This document shows, in pieces, positions 1 through 12,689 of a DNA stretch of 64,000 nt; the stretch's first letter is position 1, and each line of letters opens with the position of its first letter. The translations under genes were made by a program, and so were the position numbers. The DNA comes from Camelus dromedarius (lineage: Eukaryota). The notes beneath the pieces are model-generated. The model did not search any database. It was not told where the DNA came from and saw only the letters and a program-made list of their open reading frames with translations. The stretch spans positions 67,148,001 through 67,212,000 of the forward strand of contig NC_087437.1 of NCBI RefSeq assembly GCF_036321535.1, read 5' to 3'.

Positions 1-248
1 GTAGCTGTTACTGTTTTTACTTTGTAAGTCATTTACTTGAACTTTATAAGGAGAAAGTGGGGTTGGGGAAAGAGTTCCAAAGAAGAGACTACAGAAGATC
101 TGAGTGTCATATACAAGCAGCTCCCTCTTCTTCCCTTTTCCCCACCACCAAGAAGGCAAGGCCTTGTCCACCCCTCAAACTTCTCAGAATCACTCCTTTA
201 TTATGATGTAGGTATAGGCTGTGATTTTCCAAGCCCCAACCCCTAGTG

Positions 249-562
249 TAGAGATCACAACTTCAAATGCCTGGAGAGGTTAAGGAAATGAGAGGATTGG
301 GCCATATGGGTGGTAGTGACCTGGAGGTTGACACCATGGCCACAATTTAGCAGCTACTCAACTTGCTCCAACAGTTGCCAGTGGGACTCCAGGCCCAGGA
401 CGGCCAGATCTCTCGAATCTTCAAGAGAAGCTGGAAATGCTGATTTATCTCCTAAATCATGTATGTTGACAATGAAGTTTTTAAAAAGTTAAATGCTGTC
501 CAAGTTGATTGTACATGTCTGTGGGCCTTAGGTGGCCTGTGGTCCAGTACTAAGCATCTCTG
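249..562 (+). mobile_element. hAT-Charlie non-autonomous DNA transposon, MER103-like
   Basis: Contains 'gccagatct...ttcaagagaagctggaaatgctgattt' and termini resembling CAGAGGTCGCAAAC.../...GACCTCTG of the recalled MER103 consensus. Confidence 0.7.
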
Positions 563-639
563 CTGTGGAATAGACCAGTTTCCAGCAGATGCATGCCTGG
601 GTGGATCCGGTCTGCAGCTGTCCTCTGCTGATTAGTGTC

Positions 640-870
640 TGGTCACCAGCAACTACGTGCCAGGCATTCTTCTAAGCACTTTCCATCTATTTACTCATTT
701 TGATGCTCACAACAACTCTATGAGGGAGGTACTATTACTATTCCATTTTACAGATGAGGAAAAAAGGCACCAGCAATGAAGTAGCCCCAGGCTACATAGT
801 AGTAGCACGGCTGGGACCAGGATTCAAAGGTAGGCAGGCAGGCTCTGAATTGGCAGGCTTCTTACAGTGC
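640..870 (-). mobile_element. MIR SINE
   Basis: Antisense MIR core 'ctcacaacaactctatgagggaggtactatt...ccattttacagatgagg'. Confidence 0.85.
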
Positions 871-2149
871 TTTGTGATATTTATGCTTCCAGAAGAAGGA
901 GAAAAGATGCATCTCTGATCATTTTTAAATTAAGAGGACGATTTGAATGATTCAGATCAGTACACCCCTCTCCCCAGTTTTCCTCTTAACAATCTGGGAT
1001 TCACCTTTGGGAAGGAGGGCACAGGGCTGGTCCTGGCATCTGACTTCGTGGGCTCGGTTCCTCTGAAGTACCCAGAACTGAAAGCCCCCATTGTGTGAAC
1101 TCCCCGCCCACCCCTTCCCCCATTGAGAGGTCATGAGCAAGTCTTGAGTCTCTACAAGACTCTAGAGGCCTATACAGGAAAACTCTTCATTAACAATGCA
1201 TTGATTTGTGCCTGCACGTTTATAAAAAGAACAGCTTTAATAGAGGTCTCTGTAGCCTTTTTTTTTTTTTTTTAAGTGCAGTGTTTTTGGTTACTTGCAA
1301 AAGCACTGAAGAGTTAACTTTTAGATGGCTACAAGGAATCTTCAGATGTGTTGCTAGCACTTTTTTTTTTCTTCATTGAGTTTATGGGTGAAAAGAATGT
1401 TACATTTTAGAGAGGATTATCAGGAAAGAGAATTTCTTCTCAGTTGATGAAACACAGCTAGAAGGAGGGGGAAATCTTTCACCTAGCTCTGACTTTAATT
1501 ATTCCATATGATGAAAAAGTTACTCTGTTTTGTCTGAAAAAGAAAGTGAAAACTTGTCAGTTTAGTCTTGCACTAGAAAACATAAATATGTTTAAGAGAG
1601 GAGGACAGAGCTGGGTGGAAATTTTGGTCAGGTAAGAGGAGGGCCGGGGCCTTAGTCGCTCCTGTGCAGGAAGAGGAAATGGTTTATCGAGAGCTTTCCC
1701 ATGTGCCAGACACAGTCCGTACATTATCTGGTTTATTCTCACTTCAGATCCATGAGGTAAGTATTATTTTCCCTGAGGTGTTGGAAAAGGCAGTCATCCT
1801 AGATTTCCCTCCACCTTCTGTCTCCCTTCTCCATCCCAGACACTAGTTGTGGCTTCAGGAAGAGGAGAGGCTTGGAGGTGGCAATCTTTTGGAAAGTGGG
1901 TAAGGGGGAGGAAAGTAGGGAGGGTGGAGGATTTTTCCTATAATTCTGTTACATAGCAAACATCTGCTTTCATTTGACCTGTTTATTTGGGAGGCTGCAG
2001 GAGATTATGGGGGAGCTAAACCTCCCAGCACCCAACTCACCCTTTGCCACCACCACTGCCTCCATATAAGTCCAGGCTGTGGACATGACATTTCAACATC
2101 CTTCCCCTCCTCTCCTTCCCAACCGCTTTTCCTTTAGCTTGTGTTTTTT

Positions 2150-2885
2150 CCCTTACTCATTTGGACTATCATGATGGTCTCTTTAGCTGGGCTTTCTGCC
2201 TTCAGCCTGTCCAATTCCGGTCCACTCTCCACACTGTGCTGGTTGGAAATGTGATACCACACCTCTGCTTGTTGCACTCCTTAAATAGCCTCTCATTGCC
2301 TACAGAAAGAGGCTGAGCAAAAAGTAAACTTTTTTATGAAGGGCCAACCAATCAGTGTTCCTGAGAGTGAGCAGGCATCTGCAGTTTTGAAAGCTGCACA
2401 GGTGATGATGATGTGCATCCTTGTTAAGATCCAGTGGTCCAGTGCGTCCAGGCTCCTTGGCATGGCACACATGCCCTCCATGATCCTGCCCTTGCTCAGC
2501 TCTCCAGCCTCACTTCCCACCCCAATCCCTACCTCACCTTATGCCACTGTCATACCAAGATGCCTCACACCCCCAATTCACCCTGCACGGTCACCCTTCC
2601 CTGTTCCTGCACCCACTGCTCCAGCCTCCTATCTTGAACATTCTTCTTTTCTGCCTTGATTCCTCGGGGCAAACTCATCTTTAACCAGCTCTGGAGTCAC
2701 CTCCCAGCAGAAATGAGGACTCTCTCTTCGGGGCCCCCATTGAACATCTTGCATCCATCTGCAACACCAGCACATTACTTTGTCTCAATGTCTGTCTTCC
2801 CATGATAGATCTGGAGCATCTTTCCATATCGAGTACTCAGGACATAATGTTTATAACTAATAAATGTTTATTAAATGAAATAAAT
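2150..2885 (+). mobile_element. L2 LINE 3' fragment interrupted by a MER5-like fragment (about 2340-2440)
   Basis: L2-like pyrimidine-rich body ending in 'taataaatgtttattaaatgaa'; internal 'gcatctgcagttttgaaagctgcacaggtgat' is MER5-like. Confidence 0.65.
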
Positions 2886-3059
2886 ATACTTTATAGTTAA
2901 TTCACGATCACATAGGCCTCCAGGATTGTCTAAATCTCATGCTCTTCTGTTCTTCTCCCTGCAAGAAACTATGACAAAGAAATATTAGGCAAATTGTGGG
3001 CCCATTGAAGTACCCTATCTCTTATGTATGGTCCCGGAGAACCATTCCAATGCATACAT

Positions 3060-3810
3060 ACTTAAAAATATTAAAATCGGGCTGTATAGATAATTGGTAA
3101 CTTGCCCTTTTATCACTTAATTTTGTATTAATATATTCTTATTAAGGAGTTTTTAAGAAATATTTATGTTGCTAAATAATATTCCATTATTGTGTTACCA
3201 TATTTTTAATCTAGTATTTTTCAAATTCTAGCTCACAATTCACTAATAGGAAGGTTTAGTGAGTTGCAATCATCACTTTAAAAATGAAATTGGATGCACT
3301 TTATGTGTTATCTCATGAAGCTTTTGTTTCAGATTATATATATATGTATATATACATGCACATGTGTTTAATGTGTGAATATACTCACAACAGTCAAAAA
3401 AGTTCAAAAGTTCGGTTTTTTTTAATTGCAGTATAGTCAGTTTACAATGTTGTGTCAGTTTCTTGTGTACAGCATAATGTTTCAATCATACACATACATA
3501 CATATATTCATTTTCATATTCTTTTTTATTATAGGTTACTACAAGCTATTGAATATAGTTGCCTGTGCTATATAGTAAAAAGCTTCTGTTTTAAGCATTT
3601 TCCAATAGCAGGACATTTAGGTTATTTATGGTTTTTAATATTGTAAGTAATACTGTAATGGATTTTTCTGTGGATAATTTCTTGGGTTTATTTCCCTAGA
3701 ACATATAGATATGGCAAATAATTGGGCAAATATATTAATGTTTAGCCTGTTGATATCTTTTGCCAAGTTATCATCTAGAAGGATTATAGTGAGTTATACC
3801 ACCAGCAACA
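3060..3810 (-). mobile_element. Old L1 (L1M-type) 3' fragment with a nested hAT-type DNA transposon (about 3212-3412)
   Basis: 'aatattccatt...ggacatttaggtt...atacaccagcaa' antisense L1 motifs; nested piece ends 'gtcaaaaaagttcaaaag'. Confidence 0.55.
3416..3585 (-). mobile_element. Young lineage-specific L1 3' UTR (5'-truncated)
   Basis: Poly-T followed by 'gtatagtcagtttacaatgttgtgtcagtttc', a motif repeated at 10.1, 14.7, 20.7 and 24.5 kb. Confidence 0.85.
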
Positions 3811-3899
3811 ACATGTGGTCCATTCAGGTGACTTTTGAGAACTGGGCCCTGAATAATTAGAATTCCCAGGCATTCTGTGAGGGAGGAAACCACATTCCA

Positions 3900-4320
3900 C
3901 GCACAGTGGAATAATCAAAGGAACTGGACCAGAGGTGCTGAAAGTGCCTTTTAAATTTGAGGAGTAGCAGATAGTGTTGTGTATGGGTGGTTGTTGAAAA
4001 AGAGCAGATACTTAGTCAAATAGCTTGGGGCCAGGTTTCAATGGCTTTAAAGGCCTTGCTAAGTTTTTGGTCTTTATTCTATAAGAACTGTTGCTTCAAG
4101 AATAAAGGTTTGAAAGCAGAAAGTGAAGTAATAAGATAAGACCTATATTACAGAAAGACAAAATGGAGGAGAAACTAAGTTTTAGAAATGAGTTAGGGGC
4201 TATGTCAATGATTCAGGTAAGGAATGCTGAGACACTGGACTAGAGTCAGGAAAGTGGGGATAGAAAAGAGGGTCCCACTTTGAGAGAGACTTCTGACAGA
4301 GTAAGATGGCTTGAGGGTTT
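3900..4320 (-). mobile_element. L2 fragment
   Basis: Purine-rich antisense L2-like segment 'aaggccttgctaagtttttggtctttattct...agcagaaagtga'. Confidence 0.45.
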
Positions 4321-4571
4321 ATAATTAGATGATGACTAATACGTAGTAACACAAATGGGGACCCAGTTTGTTTGAAGAGATTGGATGGTAACAGTAACAC
4401 CCTAGCCCACTGGGAAGCACCGGGGAGCCCCGTCCTGCCTCCCAGTGGAGAGGTCATCCAACAATCTGCCCGAGATGCGCCACGGACCCGGGAGTGCTCT
4501 TTCACCTCGGTTCTGATGCACTGGTTAAACCTCCTTATGGCCTAGGTTTGGCTGTGCTTCTGGAAACATTC

Positions 4572-5105
4572 TTTTTTAGTTTTTACTTTTTTACTTTTTA
4601 ATTTTTACTGAAGTGTAGTTGATTCACAGTGTTGTATTAGTTTCAGGTATACAGCAAAGTGATTCGATTATAAGGCATTTCCATTATAAGTTATTACAAG
4701 ATATTGAATATAGTTCCTTGTGTTATACAGTAGTTCCTCATTGTTTATCTATTTTATATATAGTAGGGTGTATATGTTAATCCAGAACTCCTAGTTTACC
4801 CCTTCCCCCAACCCCTTTCCACTTTGGTAACCATAGTTTGTTCTTTATGTCTGTGAGTTTATTTCTGGTTTGTAAATAAGTTCATTTGTATCATTTTTAA
4901 AAAATTCCACATATAAGTGATATCATATGACATTTGTCTTTGACTTCACTTACTATGATAATCTCTAGTTCCATCCATATTGCTGTAAATGGCAATATTT
5001 CATTCTTTTTTATGGCTGAATAATATTCTATTGTATAGACTGGATAAAGAAGATAGATAGATAGGTAGATAGATAGATAGATAAATATAGATATATACAC
5101 AATGG
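4572..5105 (-). mobile_element. L1 3' end with a short inverted 5' segment and an internal (GATA)n
   Basis: Poly-T plus L1 3' UTR; ORF 4897-5121 reads 'EYYSAIKKNEILPFTAIWMELEIII' (ORF2 C-terminus); 5038-5105 is sense L1. Confidence 0.85.
5052..5082. repeat. (GATA)n microsatellite
   Basis: gatagatagataggtagatagatagatagat. Confidence 0.95.
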
Positions 5106-5739
5106 TAGTTATAAATTTCAAATGAGATTAGATACGAAAAGTATTTTGAAAAGTACAAAGGGTAAAACAAATGTAAAGTTATTATTATCTCCCATGATCT
5201 TATATAGCGCTCAAGGGTCTTCTTCGGATCCAGGGACAGTCAAGTTCATTATAACTGTTGATTCATCAAGAGAGCAAAGAAGGCACGAAGGGGACAGTGT
5301 GCTATTAGCCATAGCATTGGTAGAGAAGATCCCAACTCTGAGTGATGACAATCATAAGGACTTGGGGATATCAAAACATAACTGAACAAGGACTACTTTT
5401 GAAAAATCTACTTTAACATTCTGCCACTCTCCAGCACTTAGCACATAACTGTTGTCCTAGAGACACTTCCTGATTGCTGGTCAAGGAAGGGTAGTATAGG
5501 GAGAGAAAATCTTCTAAAAAGCTGTTATCTGCAACGCAATGCGAAATGGTGCAATGGTTTTTTCTTTTCTTGCTTTTGTTTTGTATTGTTTTGTCTAGGT
5601 CAATAGGCGGTGTCCTGCATTTCGTGCTGTGCATTACACTGGTTCTCTCTCGATAACTTTAGGTTTCAGGCATTGCTTGTTCGGTAGCTCTTGGGTGACA
5701 CTTGCTGCAAATTGGAGGAACTGCAGCTTTTAAAAATTC

Positions 5740-6560
5740 AACACATCTCGCCTCGGGCGTCTGAGGTGTAATGGGTTAGTAATAACACTGATCCCATAAA
5801 CCTCCCATGGAAACCAGTCTCACCGTGGCACTGAATACCACGTTCCTGCTTAACTGTTGTACACCTGGGAATTAAAAGGGAGTTAATAAACACCGTCGGA
5901 CGCCCACACCGTGCACTGTGCTGCCACCGTGTGGCGTGAGAGGCTTGAGGCTGAGTGGGCTGCCCTGGCCTTGGAATCAGGTGACTCACAGCTCTGTAAC
6001 TTTCCTGTGGGTCGTGAGACCGCCCTTGCCTACGCAACTGGGTTGCTATTCAGTTTAAATAACGTATATGTAATGACTTTTTTAAACTATAAAGTGATTC
6101 TCCTAAGACATCCTCACGGACCTTACACTCTCGCGGAGTATAATAATAAATGATAACGACACAAAACCCACACGTAACACGGCGGCAGTAATACCACCAC
6201 CAGCTAACACTAGGTGCTGCCTTTACACCGGGACTATTGAGCTCAGCTGGGACCATCTCTCCCAGGATTCCTTTCGTGCCTGGTTCTGAAAGCCACGCGA
6301 GATTTGGGAGGCGGAAGTGACGCGGCAGCGCGGTGTGGGGAAAGTTGGTGTGGGGCGCAGGCCGTGGTGTTTTGCGCTGTTTTGACTTTATTGGAGTCGA
6401 GCGGCAACTGGACCTGCGGCGCCTCCTGCTTCCACCAGTTCTTCTTCAGCTTCTCCTGGTCCTGGTAGGCATGTGGCGCTCAGGGAGGGCACCTGCTTGT
6501 TTTTTGGGTCACCAGCGGTGTGTGGTTAAAGGCGGTGAAAGGCAGTCGTGGGTTCCAGTT
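5740..6560. promoter_or_regulatory. CpG-enriched, promoter-like region
   Basis: About 20 CpGs in 6224-6560 by eye, against strong depletion elsewhere; ETS/half-CRE composite GCGGAAGTGACGC at 6311-6323; partial TCTCGCGAGA-like motifs at 6129 and 6293; AP-1 TGACTCA near 5983. Confidence 0.6.
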
Positions 6561-6844
6561 TAACCTTGCTTTCCTCTGCTTTGGTCCCAAGTTTGTTCCC
6601 CATCTGCCGGCCTTTCTGACCTAGTCCCTCAGGCCAGCAGCAGATGTAGAGACAACCTTCTCAGCTGCAGTTTTCGTCAGCTTTCCTATGTGGTTCCTGA
6701 TGATTTTTTCTCTCCAGTTTTTCCCTTGCAGGCCTTTACTTACCCAGATTTACCCGCAACTGTGGAAGAGAATCCCGGTAATAAAACCCTTGTTCGGTGT
6801 CAGTCATATGGTTCTGTTTCCCTGACTGAACCCTCAGTGATACA
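6224..6844 (+). mobile_element. Ancient ERVL-class solo LTR (LTR50/LTR52/LTR33 group; subfamily uncertain)
   Basis: Ends 'aataaa...ggttctgtttccctgactgaaccctcagtgataca' like ERVL LTR 3' ends; 5' part matches recalled 'ctcccagaatccc...gcgagatttgggaggcggaagtga'. Confidence 0.65.
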
Positions 6845-6854
6845 CGCTTAGAGA

Positions 6855-7075
6855 GACTCTTCTAAGCATTTCACACGTATTTACACAGCTAATTTGCAAC
6901 ACAAGCCTGGTGAACAGGTCCATTTTATCTAAATTTTGAAAATGAGAAAATTGAGGCATAGAAAGGCTAAATAACTCACTCAACATCATAGAGTCACTAA
7001 GGGGCAGAGCTGGGATTTGAGTCCCAGCTGCAGTTTGGCTCTAGAGTGTATGCTCTTGTTCTCCATAACTGTACA
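6855..7075 (-). mobile_element. MIR SINE
   Basis: 'aaatgagaaaattgaggcatagaaaggctaaataact...ggcagagctgggatttgagtcccag'. Confidence 0.85.
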
Positions 7076-7554
7076 GTCTGTCCGGGTATTATTTTCATTG
7101 CTGCTGTTGTTCAGAGTCAGAAGGGAGTCATGAGGAGTGACGTTGTCTCTCAAGGGCAAGGAGAGTTGCATGAAAAAGCTGTGGCTGAGAGTGCTGGTTC
7201 TGAGCACCAGTGCAAAGGTGCGCTCCAGACTCGAGCACCAGTCCACAAGGGAGAAAGGACAGGTAAGCCATCAGAATTAAATCTAAGGTCCAAGGGCTGT
7301 CCAGGATTGGCTAGGTTCTCAGAGGAACCTCATGCAGTTTACCATGGGAGAGATTCAGTCACAGGTGTTGAAAAGCTGCTTAAAAGGACGCAGAGCAGGA
7401 GCGGGAATCCAGTGGGAATTTAGCTTCCTGATACAATGATTACGGTGTAAGTAGAAGAAGAGGAATGGGTAGTCAAGTCAGCTATTAATACCTGATTTCC
7501 TTTTGTCATCACTGAGTCCAGAGTTTCAAGCAGTTTAAGCCCACAAGTAGTAGT

Positions 7555-8374
7555 TGAATGGGTATATATGATCTGTGCTACATCCATTTCTTTGGGGACC
7601 TGTCTTCCTTGATTCTGTGTGGTTCATGTGGGGCTGATCAGCCCCTGCACTGCACCCCTAGCTCCAGAAAGGAGCATGTGACCAGGCTTGGGCAGTCAGA
7701 GCCTTATTTAACAGAGCTATTGAAGACAATGTAAGTGGGTAGGAGTTGGCTCTATTCCCCTGGCCTCAGTGATTGGTTGATGGATTAGGTGATATCAGCA
7801 GGACCAATCAGTGCTATCAAAATGATGTTGCCTTTTTCTCTGAGACCATGAGCTAGGAGCACAATATTAGTTGGAACTATTTGCGGGCCATCTTGCCTGG
7901 CCAAATGAAAGTATCTCTCATTTTGGAGAGGATGAGCCAAATAGGCAAAGAAAAGCAAAACTGAGAGAGAAGCCAAACTGCACTATTGAATGCCTGGATC
8001 CAGCCATACCTGGAGGTCTAGCTCTTAGGCCTACTATCTAACACTGTAGCCACTAGCATATGTGGCTAGTGAGCACTTGAACTATGGCTAGTCCAGTTTG
8101 AAATGTCCTGGAGATGTAAGATACACATCAGATTTTGAAGACTTTGTGTGTTTAAAAAAAAAGAGTAAAATGTCTCAATAATTTTAACTTTCTGATTGCA
8201 TGTTGATATAGAATAATTGTAGATATGTTGGATTAATAAAATAAATTAAAATGAATTTCACCTGGGTCGTTTAACTTTCAAAATGTGTTTATTAACAATT
8301 TTTAAATTATGTCTCACATTACATATCTGTTGCTTAGCACTTCTCTAGACTCCTTAATTAAAGTAGCCAGTAAA

Positions 8375-8405
<31 letters not shown>

Positions 8406-8470
8406 TTTTTTACTTATTCTTATGTGAGTTGAGTTTTTGTTGCTTGCAGATGAGAGTTAGGACAGGCACA
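7555..8470 (+). mobile_element. MaLR LTR (MLT1J/K/L-like) split by MER33
   Basis: 'cctggatccagccatacctgga' resumes after the insert as 'gccagtaaatttc...tgagttgagtttttgttgcttgca'. Confidence 0.65.
8030..8342. mobile_element. MER33 hAT-Charlie DNA transposon
   Basis: 'gtagccactagcatatgtggctagtgagcacttgaa...atacacatcagattttgaagact'. Confidence 0.85.
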
Positions 8471-9060
8471 TATTGGATCCCAGCTTGGGAGAATAGGGAG
8501 GGAGACACAGCAGTGCCACCAGGCAGAGTCCTGCATAAATCAGCAGGATAGAGACCATAGAATGTTAAGCTCTCCACGTATGTGGCTTTCGGGAGCTCCG
8601 AAATTACATCTCTTTTCCTCATTTCTCTTTTGAGCACTAGGCACACATTTATAGATGTTAGCTAAATATTTCTCTTTGGCCATTCCCTACCACAAAATCA
8701 GCCTGTTTATAGTCGAATTGCCAGGTCTTTCTGGTTAACTGTATTCAAAGATTTGAAGTCATTCTTGATCACACCACCCTTGCCTACTTCTTGATTTTCA
8801 GCAAAACAGACTTTTGAGCCAGAATGAACTTTTAAGTTCCTATAGTTGGGTATGAACTCAGTTCAAAGATATGAAAACTGATTAGTTTAGAAAGCTTGTT
8901 GAATCTTTCTCTGTGCTCTTTGCCTGTCACAGTTCTTCCCAGGTGGCAGGAAGAAGCAGTTGCTGCATTCTGGCCCTCCCTTTCTGGAGGAGAGAGCCCC
9001 TGGCCGTCTCCTCTGACTCGTGGTATTGTAACTGCTTGGGTTAAGTGATCTGCTCGATTG

Positions 9061-9078
9061 CACTGCCCCCTTGTGGTA
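9061..9078 (-). promoter_or_regulatory. Strong CTCF core motif
   Basis: Reverse complement TACCACAAGGGGGCAGTG matches the CCASYAGRKGGCRS-type consensus. Confidence 0.6.
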
Positions 9079-9822
9079 CCAACAGATGTTGGTTAGTAGT
9101 GCACCCTGTGAAGAATAGTCCAGGATTACAGAATTTATGTTAATTTGGTTTTCATTTACTTATTTGTTTTCATACAGGAAGAGACATATACCACTTGACT
9201 CATTTACCTATCAGATTAATCCTTGAGAACAAATATTATTCATTAAGTTAAAAATAGTTAAAAAAAACATACTTAACTATTAAGGGTGAAAGAAAGGAAA
9301 AGAGCAGAAAGGGAATTATAGGGAGTAAGAGACTAAGACTGACCTCAAGAATGAGGCAGAGAGAGAATAATGAAGAGAGATTTTACAAATGAGACAAGGA
9401 AGGGTAGAGTAAGAAACACAGAGACAAACAGGGAAGGAGACCTTTAAAAGAGAAAAGCCATCACTATGGAATGAGGCTTCTGCAGAGTCTAACACTGTCT
9501 TCCCAGGAAGGATGCCCAGAAGTTCAAGACAAGAACTGGGGCCCTTTCTGGGTGGTGACTAAATGGGTCTTCTGAGGAAAGTAGTCAAGAAGCATCAGAA
9601 AAGTGACAGCTGAGACTCTGGTCAAGGCTGGCGGGCAGGGTGCAGTGGACAGTTTCAGGTACAACATTTGATGCTCCTCTCCTACTGCCTCAGACTTAGT
9701 CCCCATTGAGGTAGCTCTCTCAGTGTCCTGTAGGAGGGACTGTAAGACACTGAGCGTAGAGGGCCACAAACATAACAGTGCACTAGAAGCAAGTGACAAG
9801 GCAAGTCCATCCTGTTTGGGAC

Positions 9823-10630
9823 AGTATTAGTCAGCTCGAGCTGCTGTAACAAAATACCGCTGATAGGTAGCTTAAACAACAGAAATTTATTTTCTCACAG
9901 TTGTGGAGGCCAGAAGTCCAAGATCAAGGTGCCAGCATGGTTAGTTTCTGATGAGGTCTCTCTTCCTGGATTGCAAGCAGCTGCCTTCTTGCTGTGTCCT
10001 CATATGGTGGAGGGGGTAGGGGGAGAGAAAGTTCTGGTGTTTCTTCCTCTTCTTATTTTTTAAACTGGAAATTTGTTGCATTTTGTTTATTTTTTTTTTT
10101 AGTTGACGTATATAGTCAGTTTACAATGTGTCAATTTCTGGTGTACAGCATAATGTTTCAGTCATACATGTACCTACATATTTCCTTTTAATATTCTTCT
10201 TCATTATAGGTTACTACAAGATATTGAATATACTTTCCCGTGCTATAGAGTGGAAACTTGTTGTTTATCTGTTTTGTATATAGTAGTTAGTATCTCCAAA
10301 TCTCAACTCCCAATTTATCCCTTCCAACTCCCTTCCCCCTCTGGTAACCATGTTTGTTTTCTATGTCTGTGAGTCTGTTTCTGTTTTGTAAATAAGTTCA
10401 TTTGTGTCTTTTTTTTTTTGATATTCCACATATAAGTAGTATCATATGGTATTTTTCTTCCTTTTCTTCTAAGGACCCCAGTCCTATCAGATTAAGATCC
10501 ACTCTTAGGGTTCTTATGACCTCATTTAGCCTTAATTACCTCCTAAAAGCCCTATCTTCAAATATAGCCATATTGGGGGTAAGGGCTTCAGTGTATATAT
10601 TTTGGAGGAACACCATTCAGTACATGAAAA
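9823..10630 (-). mobile_element. MLT1A-like MaLR solo LTR interrupted by L1
   Basis: 'gctgctgtaacaaaatacc...gcttaaacaacagaaatttatt...aagtccaagatcaaggtgccagca'; resumes at about 10468. Confidence 0.85.
10054..10453 (-). mobile_element. Young L1 3' UTR with a 14-bp TSD
   Basis: TSD tttcttcctcttct (10040-10053) / tttcttccttttct (10454-10467). Confidence 0.85.
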
Positions 10631-12689
10631 GGACCAAGTTAGAATGTTGGAGCATTAGTGTTGAGAAAGTCCTCTCCTGCCTCAGCGGCAGGAATGGTGG
10701 GCATGGGAGAGGTCAGTAAGGCACCAGGGAGGAGGGATGTTGGCAGTGTGGTGAGGATGAGGTGGGATGGGCTGATCCAGGGGAAGAGACTCACCTATGT
10801 CAGTGATAGTCTGGTCCTCCCGTCACCTGCCATGTAACAGACAAGAAGAAAATAGTAACTCCAGCTCTGAGAGGATCAGAGGAGACATTTGCCCTCTGAC
10901 CATAAAGATGAACTTGTAATTACTCTCAGGTATTATGACCCACTGAAGAACCCTGTCGGGAAAAGGGAGGACCCCTGGCAGGACTGGGTTCTAGTGTTTC
11001 AACTGGCAGGGACTTTGTTTCATTTTTAAAAGTTGTCCATACCTTTCTCTGGCTTGTGATAGCTAGGAGATGTAGAGAAAGTGGTGCCGAGGGAGACAGC
11101 CAGGGCTGCGGGCTGTGGACGTACGAGCGTTGACTGAGGGGAGTACCAGAAAGACCGAACACTGCTCACACAGGTGAGCTTCAGGTGTGCTAATATACCC
11201 AAAGGGACTTGCTGTAGCAGAGAACCTTTATTACGCTGCCTTCTGATTTATCACTGTTGAAAATTTTAATGCAAGGTTGAGTTTTCCCAGTCAAGGGTGT
11301 TGGGAGAAATGTGACTCTTGGTCCTTGCCCCTGAGATGGACAGAGTTGAACCAAAGGCTGAGGTCTGGTTTGGGGACCAGAGGTTCGTTCGCATCACCGC
11401 TGGTGTGATGGAGCTGGCAGAAAGCCGGCTAGAGGACTCCTCCCACTGGGTGCTCCTAAGCAGATGCAGTTGAGACGTGGTCAGTTCCCAGTGCACTCAT
11501 CAGCCCGCCAGTGAAGAGTGTAGCAGAGCAGAGTCACATTCCACCTGTTGACATATCAGTTAGGGGTGTTCCAGGAGGAGAAGCAGGAGCTGACTAGGGG
11601 TTCACAGTCAGAAGAGCTGGCCTTTTTGCTATCAGCAGAGGAGAGACAATGAAGGGGCTGAGGACTAATGAAAATTGAATTGCCATTTAAGTTCAGATAC
11701 CTTCAAAATCTTGCCTGACCCACTTAGAAAGCAGGGCAGATCTGGGCCAGTTTTGCGGAGCTCAGTATCTCCAGACCAGTGACCTTCTGGGGTGGGTAGA
11801 CACAGCTACCTTATCAAAGGCAGGGAGAGAAGAGGTAGTGGGCAGTCAGCAGGAGAGCAGCACGTTGAGGGCCACGAGCCCTTAGGCAGCACCTGGTGAA
11901 GTGACTCTTACAGCCCGGAAGACTGGCGTCTTCCCCTCCTCGTGCTGATCCCTGAGCAATGCAGGCAAAGCATGTTTTGCAGTAGGATGACCAGAGCAGG
12001 AGGCATCTTGTGTGGGGGCTTTGTGTCCAGGAGACTGAAAGCCACTGGTGAGCTTGGCCCGCAGGTAGAAGAGACAAGAGGTTAGAGATTGGTTTGAAGG
12101 GAAGTTGAGGGAATCATTGGTGCCTGGTGGGGAGGGGTGTGTGTGTGTGTAGCTGCCCAGTCCTGTGTCTGGATCTGCTGTTGTTGTTTGTGACTCTTCC
12201 TGGCATAGAGTTGAAAGCCCAATCCTTTGGAGCGGAGGGTATTTCTTTGCAAGGTTAATTTCATTTAGCTCTAGTGGTGGGTGACATAACTGTCCCTGTG
12301 TTCAGAGATCCAAGGTTGATAGTCCCCAGGGTTACACTCCAAGTGCCACGTCTTCTTAGGAGGGAGAGAGTCAGTTCTGGGTGTCTGAATTGTGGCTCAT
12401 GCCCCTGAAGACACTTCCGTCCTGAGATTCTATAGGCCAGGTGGCTCTGCCTTTACCTTGTGGCCACAGCAACCCCAGAGACCCACCTGACCTTTAGCTA
12501 CTTGTGGATATCATGGTAGTAGGAGCAGCATGGCATCAGAACCTGTTCACAGAACTAAAGTATCCCACACTTTTACAGAGTTCAGATCTCTCCTTACTTT
12601 TGAGGAGTGGTTAGCCCATGTATATATGTTGCATTTCCACCAATGTGTTCACTTGTATTTTAGTTTTTATTTTTTTTAATGTAAAAGCT

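Noticed and set aside
6240..6480. Minus-strand open frame (…YQDQEKLKKNWWKQEAPQ…) with AATAAA, resembling a retrocopy
   Set aside because: It lies inside the apparent LTR, has no poly(A) or TSD, and matches no protein I recognise.
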